Positions 46,866 to 55,208 are shown, numbered from the stretch's first letter. The stretch: DNA of 64,000 nt from an uncultured Acidobacteriota bacterium (GCA_963789815.1 CAWBMG010000007.1:920079-984078), one strand, 5' to 3'. The notes: generated from the sequence alone by a model not told the origin. Numbers and translations are program-made.

Positions 46866-48049
46866 CTAGCAGGGTGCTGAAAAAGTGAAGTTCAGCACCT
46901 AAGTTCCTTCTTCGTTGATGGTGATGTGTTTCATCGCAATGATCCGAAGCCACCCGCCGGCGTCGTCGTCAGGCCGATTGCGCTGCGAGGCTGCGCCAGC
47001 GCACGAGGTTGTACGCCGCGGCGCCGAAGGCAAACATCCAATCGACGAGTCGGCCGCCACAGTGCCGAAGTTTGCGAAACAGGCCGACGGTTTTCAGCCA
47101 CCCGAAGGCTTGCTCCACGAGCTTCCGTTTGCGTTGGCTGACGGTGTAGCCCGGATGTCGGGTCGTGCGCCCGTCAATCGCACTGCCGCCGCGGGGACGG
47201 TCGTACTGGGCCACGTGGGGCGTGATGCGCATCGTGCGCACCGCGGCCACCCAGGCGCGCGTGTCGTAGAGTTTGTCCGCGCCGACCGTGAGGCGACGGC
47301 TCGTCAACGGGAGCTCGCCCAGCATCGCGATCGCGGCGTCACGTTCACCCGTGCCGGTCGCGGTGGTGACGGCCGTGTCCACGATCAAGCCATGTCGATT
47401 CTCGGTGAGCAAATGCCCCAGATAGGCCAACTTGGCTTCACGCCCCGCGGCTTTCTTATAGAGTCGCGCGTCAGGGTCGGTCGTCGAGCAGTGGGTGTCG
47501 TTGCTCCGTGGCTGCCGTGGAAATTCACCGTCGGATTCTTCGGATCGTCGGGCGGGGTGCGGTCCCGGCCCTTCGGTTTGAAGCTCTTGTGACTCGCCCA
47601 GGCCTCGAGCAGCGTCGCGTCGACGGTAAAGTGCTCGTCCGAGATCAATCCCTCAGCCTTGATGGCCGCGAGGACCTCCGCAAAGAAGGGATCCGCAATA
47701 TCGCCGTCGAGCAACCGATCGCGATTCTTCGTGAAGGTCGTGGCGTCCCAGACCGGGTCGTCGAGACTCAGCCCGACGAACCAGCGATACAACACGCTGT
47801 AGTCCAATTCCTCCATGAGCAGCCGCTCGCTGCGGATGCTGTAGAGCATTTGCAGCAACAAGGCCCGCAAGAGCTTTTCCGGCGGCCGGACGCACGCGCG
47901 CCTCCGGCGTCACGTAACTGAACATCGAGTCGTTGCGCGGATCGGCGCCTCGCATCGGCAGACTCCCTTCCTAACGATTGGGAGCATCCGTAGTACGACG
48001 AGATCAGCATGTCGATCCCTTTAAAGTTACTCTTTCAGCACCCTGCTAG
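46866..48049 (-). mobile_element. IS5-family insertion sequence, defective
   Basis: 1184 bp bounded by the inverted repeats CTAGCAGGGTGCTGAAAaAGT and its complement (17 perfect, 20 of 21). CTAG is present at both junctions. The internal transposase reading frame is broken. Confidence 0.85.
46969..47955 (-). pseudogene. IS5-family DDE transposase, split over three frames
   Basis: The three parts are MRGADPRNDSMFSYVTPEARV; LLRALLLQMLYSIRSERLLMEELDYSVLYRWFVGLSLDDPVWDATTFTKNRDRL...FHG; and RSNDTHCSTTDPDARLYKKAAGREAKLAYLGHLLTENRHGLIVD...LVEQAFGWLK. They lie in different frames. A segment normally found after EARV appears to be missing. Confidence 0.8.
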
Positions 48050-48118
48050 ATTTCTCCGTGACTCCGTTCCTCCGTGTAAAACCGTTCCCTCCGCTCCCTC
48101 TGCTCCCTCTGCTCCCTC
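48050..48118. repeat. palindromic repeat, copy 2, right half
   Basis: TTTCTCCGTGACTCCGTTCCTCCGTGTAAAACCGTTCCCTCCGCTCCCTC... matches 51190-51251. It abuts the TAG stop of the hydrolase ORF. Confidence 0.75.
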
Positions 48119-49036
48119 CTACTTGACCGGGCCCAGGTATTTGTCGAGCCAGGCGAGCGTCTCGCGGATCACGGCATTGCGGCTGAGCGCGCTCAAATCG
48201 TGTCCGACGCCATCGAAGATGATCTGCCGTTTGTCCGCCGCCGGTGTGCCGAGCAGCAGGAACAACGGTCGTTGCGATGCCTGAAGAGGAAACACGAAGT
48301 CGTACTGGCCTCCCAAGATCAACGTGGGAATCCGTACGCGTCCCACGAAGTTGATCGGATCGACCTCGGGCAGCGATCGCTGTGGCGGCAGCCCGGCGAG
48401 TAACAGGATCTGAGTCGCCAGTCGCGGCTCGACGGCCGGCACGATGGCTCCCTGAGGCCCGCCCCAGCTGGTGCCGTGGAAGGCGAGTTTTTCGAGGTTG
48501 ATGTCCGGCCGTGTCTCGAGATAGTCGATGGACCTCATGAGATCTTGCACCCACTGAATGGCGAGGTTTCTGTAGAGTCGATCGTCTCTGGCGTACCCCG
48601 TCGTCAGTTCCCCCTTGTAGCGATCGTACGTGCCCTTGTAGACGGGAAACATCACCGCGCGCCCACTGAGAAGAAGATACTCGGGCACCTCTAAAGGCGA
48701 CAGCGTATCGCTCGATCTCTTGTTGAAGCCGGCAGCTAGAGGGAACACGAGCACGGTCTGGTACGGCGGAGAGCTCGACGTCGGAAGATACAGCTGTGCG
48801 ATGACGCGGTCGCCCTCATAAGCGGCGTTGAAGGTGATTCGCTCCCGGCGCCAGTTCGACGGCGAGTCATCGGTCGATTCGACGACCGCTTTCAAGTCGG
48901 TCTTGTCGTAGAGGTACTGGCTCTTGTACGCCTCGAAGAGTTGATCGGACGCTGGTCGCTCGCGAGCGTAGTCTCTCGTCGGCAAGGGAATGTCGCGGGC
49001 GAGCTCCTGCGGTACAGGCTCGGTGCCCGAGTACCT
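48119..49036 (-). CDS. alpha/beta hydrolase domain (S9/dienelactone hydrolase-like); probably the C-terminal part of the kinase-FGE protein
   Basis: Frame of ORF 48119-49195. Family pattern: YLPTSSSPPYQTVLVFP, AFHGTSWGG (nucleophile elbow GxSxG), PTLILGGQYD, GHD. Confidence 0.7.
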   Translation of the reverse strand, partial: RYSGTEPVPQELARDIPLPTRDYARERPASDQLFEAYKSQYLYDKTDLKAVVESTDDSPSNWRRERITFNAAYEGDRVIAQLYLPTSSSPPYQTVLVFPLAAGFNKRSSDTLSPLEVPEYLLLSGRAVMFPVYKGTYDRYKGELTTGYARDDRLYRNLAIQWVQDLMRSIDYLETRPDINLEKLAFHGTSWGGPQGAIVPAVEPRLATQILLLAGLPPQRSLPEVDPINFVGRVRIPTLILGGQYDFVFPLQASQRPLFLLLGTPAADKRQIIFDGVGHDLSALSRNAVIRETLAWLDKYLGPVK

Positions 49037-51032
49037 GCACACAGCGGAACCCGTTCGAAGACGCGCGATCGAACGGCGATCGTGTCTCGGGTTCGTAGAA
49101 CTTGTAATCGGGATCGCTCCAGGCGCCCCCGAGAAGATAGCGATCATCGCCGGAGCGGTTCCAGGCCCACTCCTTGACGTTGCCGGCCATGTCAAGGGCG
49201 CCGCTGCGACTCAGGCTGAGAGGGGTGCCCACCGGCACGGTGCCTTTGCTGGAAAAGTTGCTCTGCGGGCCGATGAACTGCGACCAGTACACGGATGCTG
49301 CATGGCCCCAGTGGTAGATGGTCGGCAGGCTCTTGCCGACGGACTCACAGTACGCGGCGGCTTCGTACCAGCTGACGCCCGAGACTGGATACTGCCCCTG
49401 CTGCTCGGGGAACGTGCCGACTGCCCACGTTGATGGTCCGGGGCGGCCGGTCTGATCGCTGAATGCGTCGATTCCCTCTCCCCAGGTCACGACGCGGCCA
49501 GCTTTCTCGAAAGGCTGCTTCCAATACTCTTGCGACCGGTAACCGCCCCGATCGACAAAAGCCTTGAAGGCTTCGTTCGATACTTCAGTGCGATCGATGG
49601 AGTACCCCGGCGCGACGATCGGCAGGACTGTGGCGCTCAGGACCACGAAGCCTACATCGAGTGGACCACCAGGGACAGACACCATGCCGGTAGGTACAGT
49701 TCCGGATTTCGGGAGGGTATACAGCACCGTCACTGGATCTCGACCGGTGAAGAGCTCCAGCGTGTCGAGTGTGTCGTGGCCCTCAGCCCGGACTTGAATG
49801 CGAGAGGGCCCCTGAGGAAGACGGATGCCAGCCAAAGGAGCGCGGCCGAGACGCGTCCACTCGCGATCGCCGGCCGCGTAAGGTCTTGCAAGTACTTCGG
49901 CGTTCGGTGGTGTCGTCTCGAACGAGACGGTCACCGACATCCGAGGCCAGAGATCGGCCAGCGCCGCTTCCTGCGGGACGACACGCTCGGCTCGCTCGGC
50001 GAGGTCGAAGGCGTCTTGTAAGCGATCCTGCTCGATCAGGCGTCGGATCTCGGGAATCGTCTCAGCGCGGACGCGCCGCGCCTCCCCGCCTCGACTCCAG
50101 GTCACCGCGGCGCCGATCGCGATGGCGAGCGCGACGAGCAATGCCGCCCCTGCCACACGCGACTTCCGAAGGCTGTACCACAGGTCGGCGTTGGCGACGG
50201 TATTGACCGTGGCAGTCAACGCGGCCCGGCACCGGGCCAGATCGTCCCGAAGGTCGGCGGCAGTCGCATAGCGCCCGGCGGCCTCCTTCTGAAGTGCACG
50301 AGCGACGATCGGTCCGATACCGGCCGGGACATCGGGCCGAAGATCGGCAACGCTCTTCGGCGTGTCATTGAGAATGGCGTTGATCACGGCCGAGTCGTGA
50401 TCGCCGCGGAAAGGACGCACGCCAGTCACCATTTCGTACAGAACGACACCCAGCGCCCACACATCAGCGCGGTGATCAACCGCTCCACCCTTGAGTTGCT
50501 CGGGCGCCATGTACGCCACGGTGCCCATCGAGACGCCGGTCTGCGTCAAGCCGGTCACACCAGAGAGCTTCGCGATTCCGAAATCGAGAATCTTGACGGT
50601 GCCGTCTTTCGTAACCATCAGATTCGCCGGTTTGATGTCCCGGTGCACGATGCCGGATTCGTGAGCCTTGACGAGGCCCTGGGCGACCTGCGTCGCGAAA
50701 TCAAGTGCTTCGGCTGCATTCAACGGGCCGCGCTCGATGCGCTTCTTGAGCGTTTCTCCTTCATAGAAGGCAAGGACCAGGAACATGCGGCCGTCGGACG
50801 TCGTGTCAATCTCGTGGATTGCGCAGATGTTGGGGTGATCAAGTGCCGAGGCGGCCTGAGCTTCCTGCACGAATCGCTGCCGGGCGTCTTCGTCGCGGGT
50901 GAGATCTGGAGGGAGAAACTTGAGCGCGACAGTACGCTTCAGCCGGGTATCCACGGCTCGGTACACGATACCCATGCCGCCGCCCCCGAGCTTCTCCAGA
51001 ATCTGGTAGTGCGAGACGGTCTGACCTTCCAT
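48867..51032 (-). CDS. Ser/Thr protein kinase with TM helix and FGE-sulfatase (SUMF1/EgtB/PvdO-like) domain
   Basis: Start at ATG 51032 (GAGAAGG RBS). Kinase motifs: GGGGMGIVYRAVD, HRDIKPANL, DFGIAK. The FGE-type domain shows VSWYEAAAYC and GNVKEWAW. Meaningful sequence in this frame ends near 49035, where the hydrolase frame takes over. Confidence 0.85.
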   Translation of the reverse strand: MEGQTVSHYQILEKLGGGGMGIVYRAVDTRLKRTVALKFLPPDLTRDEDARQRFVQEAQAASALDHPNICAIHEIDTTSDGRMFLVLAFYEGETLKKRIERGPLNAAEALDFATQVAQGLVKAHESGIVHRDIKPANLMVTKDGTVKILDFGIAKLSGVTGLTQTGVSMGTVAYMAPEQLKGGAVDHRADVWALGVVLYEMVTGVRPFRGDHDSAVINAILNDTPKSVADLRPDVPAGIGPIVARALQKEAAGRYATAADLRDDLARCRAALTATVNTVANADLWYSLRKSRVAGAALLVALAIAIGAAVTWSRGGEARRVRAETIPEIRRLIEQDRLQDAFDLAERAERVVPQEAALADLWPRMSVTVSFETTPPNAEVLARPYAAGDREWTRLGRAPLAGIRLPQGPSRIQVRAEGHDTLDTLELFTGRDPVTVLYTLPKSGTVPTGMVSVPGGPLDVGFVVLSATVLPIVAPGYSIDRTEVSNEAFKAFVDRGGYRSQEYWKQPFEKAGRVVTWGEGIDAFSDQTGRPGPSTWAVGTFPEQQGQYPVSGVSWYEAAAYCESVGKSLPTIYHWGHAASVYWSQFIGPQSNFSSKGTVPVGTPLSLSRSGALDMAGNVKEWAWNRSGDDRYLLGGAWSDPDYKFYEPETRSPFDRASSNGFRCVQVLGHRACTAGARPRHSLADERLRSRATSVRSTLRGVQEPVPLRQDRLESGRRIDR

Positions 51033-51082
51033 CGACACCTTCTCTGTCAAGGAGGTTCGGAACGCAAGAACGAAGGCGATGC

Positions 51083-51251
51083 GGCGCAGGATACCGCAGT
51101 TTCCATAACCCTGGAGTCAACGGAGGGGAACGGAGGGCACGGAATCACACGGAGGCACGGAGACACGGAGCATCCTTTTCACATTGGATTGCCTCCGTGG
51201 CTCCGTTCCTCCGTGTGAAACCGTTCTCTCCGCTCCCTCCGCTCCCTCCGT
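51083..51251. repeat. palindromic ACGGAG/CTCCGT-rich intergenic repeat, copy 3 (intact archetype)
   Basis: Conserved 35-nt head (51083-51117), left arm of six ACGGAG-type units (51118-51175), 10-nt loop TTTTCACATT, right arm of CTCCGT/CTCCGC units (51186-51251). By eye about 38 of 45 arm positions are complementary. Confidence 0.8.
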
Positions 51252-52859
51252 CTACAACCTGCCGGAGAAAGGCGCGGCCGCGTGCGCCACTCTTCCGCCG
51301 ACGAGCGTCAGGACCGATTCGATCTTCCGAATCGTCTGCTCGGGCACGGTCAGGTAGTCGTGACTGAGCACCACGAGGTCGGCGTACTTACCCTCCACGA
51401 ATGATCCGAGGTGGTGGTCGTCGAAGGAAAACCACGCAGCACCCTGTGTGTACAAGCGAAGTGCCTCCAGGCGTGAAATCTGCTGTCCGTCGTTCGTCAA
51501 CACGCCCGCCAGATTTCTTCCCGTCGTCATGTAGTAGAGCGAAAGCCACGGGTCGAGAGCCGACACGTTCGTTGAATCCGTTCCCACGCCGGCGGGAATT
51601 CCAGAGTCGATGATCCGACGAAATGGCGGGCCGCCTGCCGCTGACAGATACGTCCACGTCTGCGCGCTGGCGCCCGCGCCGAGATCCTTCAGCGCTTTCA
51701 GTCTCGCGGCATCGATGCTCTGGAGGTGGATGATCGACCAGCGAAGGCGGTCGATCGGATAGTCGCGCGCGATCGAACGGAACGCGTTCAGATGGAAGTC
51801 GTTTTCAGCGACGGTGATCGAGTGCTGCTGCAGCAGCCAGCCGTGTTTCGCGATCATGCGCGCCGAAGGCTCGAACTGCGGAGACATGGTGTCGGTCCCA
51901 CCGATCCGCTCTCCGAAGCCAGCGACCCTGAATAGATCGTCGCCGACTGCGCGGCCGGACTGGCTGAAGTTGTTCAGCACACGCGCCTCGACGTCCTCCG
52001 GTGAATCGGCGGGGAACAGCGGCCGCACGCGGACCGTGAGCCGATCCTGCCGCCAGAGTGTGAGCGCCAGTTCCTGATCGGCGAGGTTGCCGGCGTTGAT
52101 GACTCCGGTGAGCCCCAGACTGTTGGCGTGCGCGTTCAGGTCTGCAGTGCCGCGTAGCTTGTCCTCGGGCGTTTGCACCGCCTGAAGGGCGGCAACGGCG
52201 GCCTGAGCCGAGGCCACGACGCCGCTCGTTTCGTCGACCGCGACACCTTTGCCAACGAAGAACCCACGGCCCAGGGTGTTCGTGATCGCGCCGGTCCCGC
52301 CGCCCGTACCAGAAATGTAGACAGCGTGTTTGGGGGCTGCCGCATCCAGCTCCGCCTTCGTCGGCCGTCGTCCTTCGACAAGCTGCGTGTGGTTCCACCC
52401 GCCCATGCACGTAATGAACCCGCCCGGAGGCACCGATTCAGCACGTCGCGCGATCGCTTCCTGAAGCTCGACGATCGAGAAAGCCCGCTCGATGCGACGT
52501 GCTTCGTAGCCGGGGTTGACCCCGGCTCGTGTGTAGTGCACGTGCGCATCGAAGAGGCCGGGAACGACTGTCCGCCCTCCAAGGTCGACTCTGCGAGCAT
52601 CAGGCGCGAGCGCGGTTGTTTGTCCGACGTTGACGATGCGACCGTTCTTGATAGTCAGGGCGGATGCAACCACGCCTCGGCTGTCCACGAATCGTCCGTT
52701 CACGAGCGCGAGATCGCCGGAACGGTCACTCTGCGCGGCCCATGCTGAAGCGGGCGACGCGACGTCGACGGAACCCGCGGCGATCGCCGCCGCTCCAGCC
52801 GCCGCGCGTACGAGCAGCTCCCGTCGAGACAACGTGCCGCCGAATCTCCGCTCGCTCAT
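51252..52859 (-). CDS. amidohydrolase (Amidohydro_3-like metal-dependent hydrolase), Tat-exported
   Basis: Tat-like SRRELLVRAAAGAAAIAAG. PGLFDAHVHY metal motif; C-terminal GTDS and ADLVVLS blocks. Confidence 0.8.
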   Translation of the reverse strand: MSERRFGGTLSRRELLVRAAAGAAAIAAGSVDVASPASAWAAQSDRSGDLALVNGRFVDSRGVVASALTIKNGRIVNVGQTTALAPDARRVDLGGRTVVPGLFDAHVHYTRAGVNPGYEARRIERAFSIVELQEAIARRAESVPPGGFITCMGGWNHTQLVEGRRPTKAELDAAAPKHAVYISGTGGGTGAITNTLGRGFFVGKGVAVDETSGVVASAQAAVAALQAVQTPEDKLRGTADLNAHANSLGLTGVINAGNLADQELALTLWRQDRLTVRVRPLFPADSPEDVEARVLNNFSQSGRAVGDDLFRVAGFGERIGGTDTMSPQFEPSARMIAKHGWLLQQHSITVAENDFHLNAFRSIARDYPIDRLRWSIIHLQSIDAARLKALKDLGAGASAQTWTYLSAAGGPPFRRIIDSGIPAGVGTDSTNVSALDPWLSLYYMTTGRNLAGVLTNDGQQISRLEALRLYTQGAAWFSFDDHHLGSFVEGKYADLVVLSHDYLTVPEQTIRKIESVLTLVGGRVAHAAAPFSGRL

Positions 52860-52874
52860 CGGCGTCCTCGCTCG

Positions 52875-53689
52875 TCAGTGGGTCATCGCGTAGAGCAGGA
52901 CGTTAACGGCGACCCGATAGCCATCCACGGAGAACTTCACAAAGTACCAGGATCCTCGCCCTCGCGTTCCCAGGAGTCGCTCACGTCCGTGTTGTGTGTC
53001 ATGAAGACCATCACGCGTCCGTTGTGATCCGAAATCCCCCGCGCGTGCACCACGGCGCTGTCGGCGCCGCGCTCCGATGTCCGACGTCCCCCAAGCCAGG
53101 TGCCTATGCCTGGAATCTGCGGCACCTCTCGAAGGTCAAACATGGTGTGAAAGATGGGGTGATCCATCGGCAGATCGACAATCGAGTACTCGCTTGGAGG
53201 CAGCACTTTCTGAATCTGGCTGGCCCAGACGTCCCACGCGTACGATCCCCAGAAGTCGTCCACCCAGAGAAAGCCGCCTTTCAAGAGATAGGTCCTGAGA
53301 CGTGCGGCGTCCTCGTTACTGAAGAGCAGCCTGCCCACTTCCTGCATGATGATGAACGGGCAGTGGAACAGCTCGTCATCCGTCAACCGGACGATGAGGT
53401 GTCTGGGCTGCTTCGCATCATCGAAGCTGACAGAAATCTTCGTCAGCTCGGCAATCCGGATCGAGAGGTCGATGTCCGCGAGCGGATAGTCGGTCAGCCA
53501 ACTGCCGCCATCGCCGCTGGGATTCAAACGATACATTGCGCGGCAGTAGTGAAAGCGCCCATCGAAGCTGTCGGCGCGTGCCATGTGCGCCCCGATACTC
53601 GCATCTCCGCCTCGACCAAATTGTGCCCACGCGCGAGGGGCGCACAGCAGCGCGAAGCCAAGTAGAGCGGTAACGGCCGTGAGCCGCAT
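52875..53689 (-). CDS. DUF4159 domain protein (apparent 1-nt deletion near 52949)
   Basis: Signal peptide. Family blocks: LTDYPLADIDLS, HCPFIIMQEVG, GGFLWVDDFWG. The ORF stops after EREGEDPGTL. The neighbouring frame continues WYFVKFSVDGYRVAVNVLLYAMTH-stop, which matches the usual DUF4159 C-terminus. Confidence 0.75.
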
Positions 53690-53757
53690 GAAGGCAGTTT
53701 ACGCCTCTTGCCAGCGGACGAGGCGCGAACGGCGGACGGGCTCGCGGCGGTCGAGGG

Positions 53758-53794
53758 CTGACGGATGCCTCAGGGCGCGGTTGCGACTACCGGC
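53758..53794 (-). promoter_or_regulatory. 37-bp conserved motif, copy 1 (ECF-promoter-like GCAAC-N16-CGTC on the minus strand)
   Basis: 35 of 37 nt are identical to 59098-59134. It lies about 70 nt upstream of the DUF4159 start. Confidence 0.3.
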
Positions 53795-53805
53795 ATCTCC
53801 AAAAC

Positions 53806-54924
53806 TCACACGACCGCGACTTTGACGTTGTGAATCGGGGGCAGAGAACCGAACAGGCAGTCCCACTTCTCGCCGCCCTCCCTCCCGATCCACAGCTGAC
53901 CGGTCGTGGTGCCGATGTACAGCGCTGGCGCCTTGAGCCGGTCGATGTCCATCGCGTCGCGAAGGATCGTGAAGTAGCTCTGCTTCTTCGGCAGCCCCCG
54001 TGCAAGCCGGCTCCATGAGTCGCCCCCATTTTCGCTGCGCCACACTGCGGGCGCGCCGCCGGGACAGGAGCGCGTCGCTGGCTCGAGGGGCACGACGTAC
54101 ACCGTGTCGGCATCGTGCGGATGGACAACGATGGGGAATCCGAAGTCCGACGGCAGTCCACTGGCAATCGATCGCCACGAGTGGCCGTGGTCGTCGCTGC
54201 GCAGCACGCCAATGTTCGGCCGCGGCCCCCCAGGCCCAGTCCAATCTGCCCATCCGCCGTGGTTCTGCATGTAGAGCCGGCCGGGCGCGTCGTCGTGTCG
54301 CGCGATCTTGTGGACGCACTGACCGAACTCGGGATAGGGATCGGGCGCGAAGCCGGCGCCGACCCCTTGATTGGACGCCCTGAACGTGCCGCCGCCGTCC
54401 TCGCTCAGATAGTGGCCGCCGGTCGAGATGCCGAGGTGCACGCGATTCCCGTCGCGAATGATCGTGTGCATGCAGAGCCCGCCGTTGCCGGGCTGCCACT
54501 TACGCGCGTGTTCGTGGTTGCTGATGCCGGGCACGATCTCCCACGAATCGCCGCCGTCAGTGCTCCTGAACAAGGACGCCGGCTCCACGCCGCACCACAG
54601 TTCCTTCTTGCCGACGCCGGCCTCGAGTGACCAGATGTTGGCGAGGGCGCGTCCGTCCTCCTTGGCGAATGCCGGCGCGGACTTCGTCTCTTTGAAGCTC
54701 TTCCCCATGTTCGTCGAACACAACACTTTCATGCCGAAGAATGGATTGCAGCTCGAGGCATACAGTCGCGGTGTTCCGCGCGTATCGATCAGCGTCGAGT
54801 AGACGGGCACGCCGGGACCGAAGGGCCCGCGCAGCGCGAAGCTGCGCCGCGGCTTCGCGGCATCGGCGACGAACACGCCTTTCTTGGTGCCGATGGTGAG
54901 AATGACTCGCTCCGCCAACGTCAA
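53806..54924 (-). CDS. BNR/Asp-box repeat beta-propeller protein (sialidase/Ycf48-like fold)
   Basis: Four Asp-boxes are present (STDGGDSW, SEDGGGTF, SDDHGHSW, SENGGDSW). The TTG start overlaps the stop of the MoaD-like gene (GGTTGA). Confidence 0.8.
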   Translation of the reverse strand: MTLAERVILTIGTKKGVFVADAAKPRRSFALRGPFGPGVPVYSTLIDTRGTPRLYASSCNPFFGMKVLCSTNMGKSFKETKSAPAFAKEDGRALANIWSLEAGVGKKELWCGVEPASLFRSTDGGDSWEIVPGISNHEHARKWQPGNGGLCMHTIIRDGNRVHLGISTGGHYLSEDGGGTFRASNQGVGAGFAPDPYPEFGQCVHKIARHDDAPGRLYMQNHGGWADWTGPGGPRPNIGVLRSDDHGHSWRSIASGLPSDFGFPIVVHPHDADTVYVVPLEPATRSCPGGAPAVWRSENGGDSWSRLARGLPKKQSYFTILRDAMDIDRLKAPALYIGTTTGQLWIGREGGEKWDCLFGSLPPIHNVKVAVV

Positions 54925-55208
54925 CCTCCTGAGACCGCCGGCAGAAACGTGACCACGTCCCCTGGCGTCAGCGTCGTGTCGACCCCGTCGAGGTCGCGCA
55001 CATTGTCCGAGTTCACGAACACGTTCAGGTGCCGGCGCACGGTGCCTGTTTCGTCACAGACATTGCGATACAAAGCGGTCTGGCTCCGCTCGAGGTCCTC
55101 GAGTGCAGCGCGCACCGTGCACGCCGAGATCGAGAGTTGCGATGCGCCCGCACAGTACGCACGCAGCGGGCCCGGGAGATGGATCGTGATGGTCGGCGTT
55201 GCGCCCAT
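54921..55208 (-). CDS. MoaD/ThiS-family ubiquitin-like protein with C-terminal Gly-Gly
   Basis: 95 aa. The pattern ITIHLPGPLRAY ... VFVNSDNV ... LTPGDVVTFLPAVSGG-stop is typical of MoaD/ThiS beta-grasp sulfur carriers. Confidence 0.75.
   Translation of the reverse strand: MGATPTITIHLPGPLRAYCAGASQLSISACTVRAALEDLERSQTALYRNVCDETGTVRRHLNVFVNSDNVRDLDGVDTTLTPGDVVTFLPAVSGG

Noticed and set aside
51083-51125. Sigma-70 or sigma-54 promoter inside the repeat head (TTGACT ... TATCCT; TGGAAA...TGC)
   Set aside because: The hexamer spacing is 21 nt, which is too long for sigma-70. The GG and GC dinucleotides are not 12 nt apart (TGGCAC-N5-TTGC), as sigma-54 requires. Copy 1 carries the segment pointing away from any gene.
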